From Amphiscolops sp. MND2022 (Eukaryota): 64,000 nt of DNA. Below, in pieces: positions 35,018 to 47,400 of the stretch. The notes beneath the pieces are model-generated. The model made no database searches. It had not been told where the DNA came from and saw only the letters and a list, made by a program, of their open reading frames with translations. Location of the stretch: contig OZ076413.1 in the NCBI GenBank assembly GCA_964187785.1, forward strand, positions 29,264,001-29,328,000. The letters are read 5' to 3'. The translations under genes were made by a program, and so were the position numbers. The number at the start of each line of letters is the position of its first letter. Within the stretch, counting starts at the first letter, position 1.

Positions 35018-37166
35018 ATGGGCACAAAATTGGTCGAAAAAGTGTTGTCAGGAACTGGTGGAGGAAAAGAAAAAAGTCCGCCTCCGAACCCAAAATTTTT
35101 CGTTGCTTAGGAAATGAAAAACGGTTGGACGAAAATTCGTCCCAAGAGACGATTCGTCCCAGGTGAAAGTTCGTCCCAAATTACCAAAAGCAACAATTCG
35201 TCCCCAGCGAAAGTTCGTCCCATTTTGAAAAGACGACAATTCGTCCCATTTGTAAAAAGCGACAATTCGTTTAATTGGTGTTTAATTGATCAGTTAATTA
35301 ACAACCTTTTAAAGAGTGAAAATAATGAATCGAACAAATAGTTCTATTAGTAGAAATGATTGAGTATTGCATTTGTAAGAAAATCCAATTCGGGGCTTGG
35401 AGAGAGTTTTACCTCCGATTGGAAGCTTAGCAGAAAAAAGGTTGTTTTAGTGAGTTAGCCCATTCTCGTGGAATTATGGTAAGTTTCTTGCTCCAAATAA
35501 TGCTCTATCGGCTCGTGTCTTCCAAAACTTCGAGTAAAGTGACAATACAATTACTTCTGTATCGCAAAAATAACACTAGTAATTCAAAACAATCAAACTA
35601 ACTAATGTTCGTCAGGTTCTATATACGACTCTCAATAAAATGATACGACAACAATCGAATCCGTGACTCAGCCAGGTACGTTAGGCGCACTTCTATTCGC
35701 TTTTAGTGAAGCTCCAACTTCAACCAAATCACAAGTCCCGGACTTGTCAGCAAATCTACTGAGCTTTCGACATGTAATCTTCTAGAAGTGTCTCTTGTCT
35801 CCGCGAGACTCAACTTTCTTCTAGCTCTCTTACTCGGTTGAGAAGCGCGAGTGTTATTACCAACAAGTATCTTGTCTCCGCAAGACTCAACTTGCTCACA
35901 GTTTTCTAACTCGGATCTGTCTATTCCAGTATTTTCCAATTCCGCCTCGATTATATTTGTTCAACACCCGCATTTTTGTTGTACCGATGTCGCTCTTTTA
36001 TTTGCATGCCTTTGACTTCATGTAGCTCCCTTCCTTTTATGGCATGGCAGCGCCTTAGATATTTTTCGGTCAAACATTCTTCGCCGCCAACGACAAATAA
36101 TTCAACAATAGTTGTACAAAGTTCACATATCTATAAAAATTCAAGTCACCCGAGATTTTTTAAATGTCGCGACAATTGTTCAATGACCTTCAACTACATG
36201 GTTTACGTGCTCTCTACGAGTAAGGGGTAATTTTCTATTGTTCTGAGCACGGTGCATCGCGAATTCTCTTGCCTGACTGAAGTGCATAAATTATCACTTA
36301 AAGATGCCGATTTACATATTCTATCGCAAATTGTTCCAGATGTTCCGGGATTACATCTAAAATGACCTTGAGGTCCTTCGGTGACCTTGAAGTTATTTGT
36401 CCTCATCTAATGTCGCTACACGCCAAGTTATATCGTCCTAGGGTCAATAGTATTCGAGTTACATGTTACGCGTATAGTTTGTTTACTTAAGGCGGCTACC
36501 CCCGCATGGGTTACAAATACGATTCCTTTCTTGGTGGTAATCGACTACATTCATTATTCCAGTTCGTTTGAGGTATCACAAGCCAAGGTCAAATGTCCTT
36601 TATCGGTCGGGCCCGTGCGTCCGGTCCCGCGGGTCTTAAACAAACATTACTCCGCGCGTGGTGGACCGATTAATGTATCTTCCATGTATATTACTTAGGG
36701 TTGCTAGGTGAACATCTTTGACAAGTTTCGTGATCCTCGGGTCAACGGATGGCTATTTACATAACATTCGGGGTTTGTTTACTTAGGGTCCGTGCTCCCT
36801 CTACGCGCGTCGTATGGTTCCGAAAGTATACGCAAACGGCCTAATATCCTATGGGCTATCAATTCTATGAATTATATGGCCTATTCCGTGTTCCCTCTAC
36901 AATAATTGTGATAATTGGCTACTCTTTAATAATTGGGACGAATTGTCGCCTTTTCGAAATGTGACGAATTGACGCTTGGGACGAATTGCCGCTTTTTGGA
37001 ATTTGGGACGAATTTTTCGCTAATGACGAATCGCCGCTTGGGACGAATTGTCGCCTTACGATGAAAAATAATAAGCTCTTTTTCATTCCAAAATTTCTCG
37101 ACGTTGAACTTGCGTGATAATGTATTTTTTAACGTCATTCGTTTCCGCAAAAAAGTTTTGGGCCCA
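35018..37166. mobile_element. ~2.1-kb TIR element with inverted TTCGTCCC subterminal arrays
   Basis: TTCGTCCC repeats at 35135-35270 and GGGACGAA repeats at 36935-37050; short terminal IR ATGGGCACAAAA / TTTTGGGCCCAT. Confidence 0.55.
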
Positions 37167-38452
37167 TCTCTAGCATTTTAACTACTTTTCAAATCTTCTA
37201 CAAATTATGAAAATTGTGGTGGAGGGTAAAGGTTCACAGTGACTCGCCCGCACATGTCTTGAAGAAAATGAATTATTCTTGGCTTCAACGGAATGAGACA
37301 CTTGATCACATGAATATGGAAAGCTTTTACTGCCATTTACTCGCCTTTATTTTTCCAGGTCTGAAGTACGTCCTGGTTTGTTATGAAGTTCCGTCGAAGA
37401 TGAATCATGATTAGTTCTGTTTGACTCATTACAGACAAAAAAGTCAAGGAAAATAAAAGTAGAAATTGAATAATTAGTTGAAAATTTTATACAAAAAAAA
37501 CTCTTATATTTTTTGAAATGATGCTTCAAATTTCTTAACTTTCAGAGAAAGAGGAGCTTGTAGATTATCGAAAGCAAGAAGCAGTTCAGCTAAAAGCTCT
37601 CAAGACTTTTTATAATTTTGCGACTATTTGCATTGCCGCCAGTATATATCATACTATGATTAATCATTGATGATGATTGGTAACGGTTCGTTTTTAAAAT
37701 AACATTATTTAATGTGCTTTTCAGAGGTTCCAGGCTAACTTGGACATTCATTTTTCGTTTGTTTTTCAACATGTAGCCTCAAAATTACAGTCGCGAAATT
37801 CTCTATAAATCAGTACTTGATATTTCAAAATCCTTCAGCACAATTTTCTAAATTAACTTCATAGTAACTCACTTCCTTGAAGTTAAAAATTTACAGTAAC
37901 ATCAAATGCATAAGCATTGATGATTTATTCTTTTTCATTTCACATCTTTTATTAATTATGAGCAGAATTATAGATTACAGCTCGAAATAGACAGACAAGA
38001 AAATTCGTGTATAGATCGGATTTTCCGAACCAAAATCTGATTTTGTATTGATTTTTGTTGATTATGACCTAGAAAACAAAACAAGATGAAACGTGATTGA
38101 ATGCAGTCTGAAATTAACCGAACCAAAGTTTGAATTTGTTTTTAATTGATTAATTGGTTACTTTTCGATTGAATTGACAAAATCAACCAATCATTTGATA
38201 ATGACCTTAGAACTTTTTTCAACCATTTGACCATTTGCAAATTATATTGCTTGAAACTACGTCTGAATATAAATTAAATTTTCACCGGTTTAAACTTACG
38301 TAACTTCCACTTACCGAAATCTTTTAATTACAAAAACTCCAATTGAATATCACAAGTTTCATATCAGTTTTTACCAGATAACTGCGTTGGCTGTTTAATA
38401 ATTTCAAAACTTTGTTTGACAGATAAAAGAATAATCGCAACAGTTTCGTGAT

Positions 38453-41400
38453 ATGTTGGCTGTGCGGTCTAGCCCAACCCCGTTATTGGAGTTACCCCGT
38501 TATCCAGTTCGATTAACCAAATCCCTTGACATTTTGGCAGATAAATATCCGGATTGTTTGCCAGAAAAAAGTCAAATTGCAACCAAAGTTCCGTTAGACA
38601 GTAGACCAACAAGCAATGGGCCCCAAGATGACGAAATAAGGAAGTCTCAGAAGACTAAACGGAAGTCAATGTCATTCAACGTGTTTAGAAAACTTACCCA
38701 AAAGGTATTGCTTGACGATTTACTTGGAGATATAATTTCCTTCAGCTCTGGAATGTCACAATTTTAAGAACGTTAACTCGAATTATCGAAAAAAACTGAG
38801 AACTCTTTACTGTAGCGACAATTCTAATTTGATGGATCAAACATCAAATATTTTTTTTCTGGTAATTGGAACAACTTTACAATTGCTAACAAACCTACTT
38901 TTTTAGCAATGAAGTCAAAATCTTATCTCTGAAAACGAGGCAAAACATTTTAATACTTTGGAGTGAGCTAATTCAGCCGAGCGTTCATTAAAAATATGAC
39001 GTAATGAAATCGTCCTCGAATATGCAATGTTTCATTCCATTGTCTAGTTCATGTACTATGATGCATAATAGGTAACACGTTGCCAATATTCCTGAAAAAC
39101 ACTGGTGGTTATTCTAGCAAAAATTTCGAGGCTGCCCAGTGATTGAAGACATGGTACGTTTGCCAAGAACCATGGTAAATTGCTAGCTAGCATTGCCAAG
39201 ATTTTACCATGATCTTACCAAGATCTTGCCAAGGATACCATGATTATGCAAGATCGTGCCAAATGTGCCATAGTTTACCATGATCTTGGTAAGGATGCCA
39301 AGATTAACCATGTTCTTGACAAGCATTCCATGGTAGCAATTGCGTTTTTTGGTAACTCTCATTTTATAATTCTATTTGTTTTATTGCACCGGTTTATATT
39401 GCATTCTCGAACTTCAGTAATTTCAACGCGTTACCCCAATAGGTGAGGTATTAGCAAGATTAACAAATCATAGCAAGAAAAGTTGGTTTTCACACCGATA
39501 TTGCAAACCCGCAAGTTGCAACCCGGGTCGACCCTCCATGGATATCTTAGTAAGATCTTGGCAAAATCTTAGCTAAGATCTTGTCAAGATATCGGCAAGA
39601 ATTGCAAGATGTCATGGTAAAATCTTATCAAGAGAGCCATGTTTCCAAGAAAAGTTTTATTGTAAAATCCTATTTGGAAGGAAAAAAATCTGAAAGGGAG
39701 TCAACAAAAATCAACATTTCTGCAGATTTATATTGTTAGACATTAAAACTTCTGTTAGCAATGTATAAAATTTGGTTGAAGAGATATTTATTTAGGAAGG
39801 CTGGTTCTTCCAATTGCAAAATTGTCGCCAAGAATGGCGTCAGAATAGCCTTGAGCTGAATCATCACCCAAATAAGTGCAATGACCGCCGTTTCTAGGAG
39901 TAATAATGCTGCTGGAACAGGCTCAAAGAAAGCTGTAAATATGATTTTTAAAAAAATTTCCGCATTTTAAGGTCTTTCCTTTGTAACTTTCCGATAGTGG
40001 ATCTGGACGTTTGAGAGCATATTTCTCCATCTCTGGAATCGACAGGAATGATAAATTATAAGTTTTGGAAAGCCTTTGAAATGACCTTTCTTTTGGTACA
40101 TTTGCATTTCTCAGTCTTGAACAGGTGAGCAGTTATTAGGATTCTCGTCAAAATTTCGAAAGCCAGAATGCGTTATCGTTATTTTTCACGCATATTTGCA
40201 TGCAAAATGTTTTCAGCAGGTTTAAGCATTTTGATTATAAAAACGAGTAGAAATAGTCGTTGTTGGGTGAAATGAGCCTTTAGATTGAATCTCGGCTGCT
40301 TGTACCGAAGGTATAGTGTTTTTTATAATCTTAAATTTTTGTCCATCGTGATAAGATACGATCTTGGAATAAGTAGTATCTTAGTAAAATCTTTATAAGA
40401 ATCTTGCCATTGGATCCATGGCTGCCAAGATGTAGTAAGAGTTTGGCATGATCTTGCCAAGACAGCCAAGATGCTAGTAAGAGGGTCAACCCGGGAATAA
40501 CTTGATTCGGAGTTTGCTTTGTATGATAATTAATGATAATAGTAACATTGCCTTGACATGACAATGTCTCATGAAAATTCTGTGAGACAACCAATCGAAA
40601 AATCTTTACATCAGTTTTCTAACATTGCTAATTTAATTCCGGGAAAATTGTGAATCGCAAACTCCGTCCTTTTTCCCAGCATAATTTCACTTAGTGAACA
40701 AAATAAAACTTTGTTTTCAAATGAGTTTTTAGCGCGTTTTTGCGCGATGATTAAAACATGGCTCAATACCAGTTACTTTTGAATTATCAAGTGACGTTTT
40801 AATTTTGCAGAACTCATCTGAAGACGAAAAGAAACCTGAAGGTGTGAACAGCAATGCGAGCAAAAATGGACCCAGTCAAGAAGATCAATCAAGTATTTCG
40901 TACAAGCCGGTGAAACGGAAGTCTTTGCTTTCTATAGGAAGGCGCCATTTCTCGCCCCAAATTGCTGACCATTCTGAGTCAGAAGACTTAACAACTATGC
41001 ACTTGATGCAACCTAGAAGAATATTTCAAGCCAAGAGATCTGCGGGCAAGAGAAAAACGTCCAAATCAGCCGATTCATGGGACTTGCAGGTTTCAGAAGA
41101 CAGTTTGAGTTCTATCGTGCAATCGGATGGACTAAGCGACTTGATGAAATCAGCAGGTACAGATTCGAAACTCTGTCATTCTTGATGTATAATTCCCATT
41201 CCTTTTTGCCATGTGTATCAATCAGTGCAGTTCGATAGGGTTCGCTGGGAGGCAGAAATTTTGTCGTGGGGGAAATTTCGTCCTCAGAAAATTCGTCGTA
41301 TTAGCAAATCCAGAAATTTCGTCGACAGAAATTCCGTCATATTGATTAGAATTAACAGCTTTCACGAAAAGAGATCGTTTAAATTATTCAATTATTCAAC

Positions 41401-44400
41401 TATCAAAATGAGATCTTAAGAACAAGTTTCATTTTGACACCAAAATTGAGTCAAAAGGCAACGGGATATTTTCCATCCTGAACTATTTTACCAACCAACT
41501 TTCGAAAAATTGTTCAAAAATTGCACAGAAGGTTTGAATATGCATCGAAGTAATGTGTTGAAAAATTGTGATATAGAAGATTTTCTATGAATAGTTAAAA
41601 TTTTTGTTTGCGAAAATCATAATTAAAAGTAGTCAATGATAGCAATTATTCCATAATTAATAATAGACGACTCCTAAAAGATTAGATAAAATGTTACATC
41701 TGGCGACAAAATTTCTGACGACGAAATTTCTGGTAATCACTCCGCTGCGTGTCTGAAAAATATTACGGAATCTATGAAATGACTTTCTAATGGCTAATAA
41801 CTGGAATCATAACAGAAATAGCTAAACTTGGATTCCAGACGTAGTAGTTGATGAAAAATTGCTGAGAGTTAAATTTCATAGCAAAATTTTGACATTGGGC
41901 GCGAATTTGATATTCAGAGAGTATACCTACCATCTGTGTTTCAGCTCTCTTGAAGTTATTCCACAGTTTCCTGGTGAGTGAGTTTTCGGATGAAAATCTG
42001 GATTTCTGGCTCGCAGTGGAATACTACAGAAACATCGGCAGCGTAAAGAGACGGAAGGAGACAGCCTTGAAAATCTACCAAACTTTCATATCAGAGGAGG
42101 CTGAAAAACAAGTCAACTTGGACTACGTTATCCGAAAAGAAATAAGCGATTGTCTAAATGACCCCTTCAGGTAAATTCGACTTCTGTTTCAGAAAATTCA
42201 ACAAATCTAAGATAGTCAATTGGCTCTGTGACATATGTAGACATGACCTCTAAACTTTCAACCGTTAATACGGATATCAGACAGAGAGACATTTGGTGCT
42301 ATTGACCAACAAAACTCTAAATGCTGTCTATTTATGTTACACATGTATGAAACCAATTAGTATACGATTTGATGCAGTGATCAGATGCTTTGATACAATA
42401 GTTAACTCTTAGAATAGAAAACACCGTTTTATCTAGTTTCCTGAGATTACAACATGGCGCAGTAACAAGATTTTATTCTTTTAACCGTGTGACATCGAAT
42501 TTTAACCATCCAAGAAAACATGGCCACCGCAAGAAGTAACATACAACTACCCTATCTTGAAGACACCGGACTCGACTGCAAAAAACTATATACACCGAAA
42601 GAATGGACGGAACGACTACGACATTATATCAAAAGAATCTATGATATAGATATAAAACCGGCATTATCCGGGGAAACAATACCCACAAGCAATAGATAGA
42701 CGGAAAAAGAACGAGAACGGAAAAGAAGACAAGATCTTATCTGGGGAGCCGGACCATCTGCCATCGAGAACATAACCAAAGGGGAATTTAATACAGACCC
42801 GGACACCATCGACACAGAAAGGCTGCTACAACTATTCAAAGACTATTACATGCCCAAACGGAACACATACCATAGCCGCGGAGATTTCTTCTGGGCAAAA
42901 CAAGAAGAAAATGAAACCCCGGAAAAAAACTGGAGAAAACTAGTCTCCCTCGAAAAAAAATTGCGAATTCAAGGACATCAAACAAGAAGACCTACTTATT
43001 TCGAAATTCATCACCAGTATTAACGACAAAAAACTACGGGAAAAACTTATCCGCGGAACAACACTGAACCTCAAAACAACAATGGATCTGGTAACCCAAG
43101 ACAGCTACGGAAAAAGGCACAAACAGTCCACGATACCCACAGCACTCGTAAAAGAAAAAGAAATAAAGCAGGAAACAATACAGAAAATACACAAAAAATA
43201 CCAACCAAACAAACACACAAATACCGGGAAACCAACACAAAAGAAAAACGATTGTGGATTTTGCGGACAACAAAATTGGACCCCACTACACAAATGCCCG
43301 TCAAAAACGGCAGAATGCAATAACTGCCATAAACTGGGACACTTTGTAAGAGTATGCTGCAGCAAAACCGAACACACGAGGAAAAGAGTAAACTACACCG
43401 AGGAAATCTACGGCAACGAAGAAGAAAGTGAACCCGAAGAAATCAGACAAATAACGCAAATCAACCGAATACAACCGAATAAAAACGACCACTACGAAAT
43501 CAATTTGAAAATTAACGGGAAATATCAGAACTTCACAATCGACACCGGATCGCCCGTAATTATAATGCCGAACAACCCAACACTCTATAAACAAAAAGAT
43601 ATCCAACCGCTACAAGAAAGATACCCAGACGTGAACAAAAATGAAATCAAATTCCTGGGTAAGATCTGGGCAAACATCGAATACAACGGCAAAACTACAA
43701 AATTACCAATACTCATCACACAAAGAAACGACATTACACCTTTTTTAGGTGTAAATTGGCTAAAACACCTACCGATCACCATTGACAAAATCTCATTGGA
43801 CGAGAAGACTAGCCAATCAGAAGACATACACACAAAATTAAACAAATTATTTGAAACGAACCGCACAATCAAAAACACGAAAGTAAAAATCCAAAAATAA
43901 CCCTGATGTTACCCAATCCAACAAAAAGCCAGACCAATACCATACCACCTACAACAAGACGTGAAGAACGAATTGGACCGATTAATAAAATCCGGACACC
44001 TTGAAAGATTGGAAACAATCGAAGAAGACTGTTTTGTATCCCCCGTAGTAATTACGGTAAAGAAAGACAAAACAGTAAAAATCACCCTATACGCTAGAAA
44101 ACTAAACGAAAGTTGCGTAAAGAAAAGACCCCACATGCCTAACATGGAAGAACTATTAAACCAAATATCCACCAAACTATCAAGAAACGACCACGACCCA
44201 ATTTGGATCTCCGTGATTGACCTTGATTATGCATACGGACAAATGAAACTAGCCCCGGAAACCAGTAAACATTGCAATTTCGCCGTGACAGGCGAAAACA
44301 TGAACGGATACTACCGATTCTTGAAAGGTTTCTACGGTCCAGCCTATATACCAACAATTTTCCAAGAGAAAAAAGAAAGAACACTCGCACACCAAACACC

Positions 44401-47400
44401 CGTTTGATTAAACGACATCATCATAGTAGCCCGGGGAACAAAAGAAGAACATACCGGAAAATTATATTCGGTTTTAACGAAACTAGAAAATGAAGGATAC
44501 AAAGCAAGCAAAAAGATATCAAAATTCTACCAAGAAGAAACGAAATGGCTCGGACTCACAATCTCACAAGACGGAATTAGACCTAACAAAGAAAAAACTG
44601 ACGCAACAAATAAATTGAAACACCCTACAAACACCAAAACACTGAAGTCCTTCGTCGGTGCCATCCAATATTTTGCAGAAATCATACCGAATCTCTCCGA
44701 AAAAACCGACAATATGAGACAACTACTTAAAAAAGAATCAAAATGGAACTGGACCGACGACCGCGATACGGACTTCAAGAAAATAAAACAAGAACGAACA
44801 TCTCTATCGTGCCTAGCCCACCATAACGGAAATAAAGAAAACATCGTCACCACCGACGCATGCATCACGCATGGCATTATGGCAAAAGCAAAGTAACGGA
44901 GAATTAAAACCTATCGCATTCGCCAGCAGCTACATGAATGATGCAGAAAAGAAATACTCCATCGGTCAATTGGAATTATTAGCCGTTGTTTGGGGCCTAG
45001 AGAGATTCCGATTCTACCTATACGGGAAACAAATCCAATTATTCTCAGATCACCAAGCACTGGAACCACTTTTGAAACGAAACAAAACTAACAAACAGTA
45101 TAGCGCCCGACTAACAAGATGGCTAGATAGACTAAACCACTTTGACATCAGCCTAAAACACACCGCCGGGAAAGAAATAAAATTCAGGGACTCCATTAGT
45201 CGTAATCCTACCGAAAAGCCGGAGCGGAAGAAAATTACGAAGAAGAATTTTTGATCAACGCCATCGCGCAACTAGCAACGGTAAACGCCCGTATAGGACG
45301 GATTTTCAACCAATCAGAAACCAAGAACGCGGTCAACAAAACGAACATGCATGGTACGCGCACGCTAATTTATACGCGACGCTGCAAAGCAAACAATAGC
45401 CACATTGATTCTCACTACCACTCACTACACCCGCTTGAAAACGAAAGTGATTTCAATTACCAAACACAACCGTCTAATTGCAAAATTACCGCAAATCATT
45501 CAAAAATGAACAATAACAACGACGAGAACCAAAACGCCAATTCCGAAATGACCGGCAAAAACGTTACCATTGGGGTGCAGATGACCATTGGCAATAATCA
45601 ACAACAGAGATAAATCACCCGAAACTATGGAACTGGTGAGAAGACGAACCGAACTGGCGAGACCCGGAGCAATGAGTCCACAATGGAATAAAGGCCTGGG
45701 CAGAGAAATATATGTGCCAAGAAGACCAGAAGAAGACGAAAGAAGGGAAATAAAAAGAATCGACATTCAGCTAAAAAGAAAGCAAGAACAGTCACAGATC
45801 GGCAGCGGATACTTTAGAAATATTGGCGATGAAACACTGCAAAGATCAGAAAACACGGAACAAGGAAGTAACAACATTGAGAACAGAGACACAGAATCAA
45901 CCACATCATCGAACACCGAAGAAGCCGTGACAACGCACGAACCCGGAGCTTATCCCGCAATACCCGTCCTGGAATACCGCGACGGCCCCATCGAGGACAT
46001 AGCTGTCCACTACGTCCGGATAAACCGGGTGGTCGAACAAAAAGCCGCCAGAAATAAACAACAGGAGGACAACACCAGAGCAGCCGAACTGGATTTCATG
46101 TTGGATCTGAAACCCTGATTAAAGAAACGGCCACAGAACCAGACCTGATAAAATTGAACTGCTGCCTCGAAAAAAACAACAGCCAACAAATCCCAAACAA
46201 CTACAAATCCGTAGCCAAAAAACTAACCAACAGATGGGGCATCGTCATGGCAGATGACCGCATCATCGTACCGAAAACGCTACAAAACGCCGCCCTAAAT
46301 GCTTTATACTTCGGACACCCCTGAATTAACAAGATGTGCAACAATGCAGCCATATTCTGGTGGCCGAACACGCGGGTCGACATCGAAAGGAAGGCAAAAA
46401 CCTGCTCAGCTTGCCTCAACGCCGGTAAGAATTTAAATTTTCATCCACCCTCCACCGAAAAAAAAACAAAAATCGAAACACCGAAAAAGCCGGGTGAAGA
46501 AATCCAAATCGATTTTACCGGTACCCTACATTACAAAAACCTACAATCTAGCCCATATATCCTAATTCCAGTAGACAAAACCAGCCGGTGGCCAGTAGCA
46601 AAAATATGTAAAAGTACAAGCCACCAAACCGTCATTACATTCTTAAATGAATATATAAATGTACACGGAGTACCGAAACGAAAAAAAAATCCGATAGGGG
46701 CGGTGCTTTCATCTCAAAAGAACACAAAGAATTTTGTAAATCGCAAAATGTATTTTGCGAATACGGCACCGCGAACCTGCATACCGGAACCGGATTGGTT
46801 GAACGGAACATCCAATCAATAAAGAAATTAATACTGGCGAACCTGGAAGACGAAATAAGATTACGCGAAAGCGTAAACAGAGCACTATTCGTGCTAAGCT
46901 TTAGGGTACACTCCGGAACAAAAAAACGCCGTTCGAAATTCTTTTCGGACGGGAACCCAGAACTAAATTATCTAACCTTAAAAATGCTGTTTCAGTAGAC
47001 TCAAAGGACCTTTCAGTCTACATCACCCGAAATGCGGCGGGAGAAAAACAGATCATCTGGTAATGTGGAAGAAAAAGACCGTGGATCCAAAATTCAGACG
47101 GGGAATGACGTTCCAACAAACCAAAAAACCGACTGGTTCGGTTAGTATGAACAAATTCAAATATCTTTTCAAATTCTACGAAAAGAATTATTAAAAAGGA
47201 TCGTTGGACAGTAAATTCAAAAACAAATGCAAACCGCAATATCAGGTTCGGACCACACCGTAACAACAAACAAAAATAAAATAATACATAGAAAGCTAAT
47301 ATCCAACCCGTTACCCTTTCAGCAGACGATCACCGCACCCACAAAACGAATTACCACCCGACAAAACGAACAACCATCTTGCTCAAAGACCCTGGATGCA

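Noticed and set aside
35120-35280. CRISPR-like array of short repeats
   Set aside because: Eukaryotic context, 8-bp motifs with degenerate related spacers, an inverted partner array and no cas genes.
36480-36870. Self-cleaving ribozyme in the GC-rich structured segment
   Set aside because: Stem-loops are present but I found no hammerhead (CTGANGA/GAAA) or HDV-type core.
37214-37414. Short ORF upstream of RGS as a separate gene or extra coding exon
   Set aside because: No domain, and an in-frame stop precedes the RGS ATG, so it could be UTR at most.
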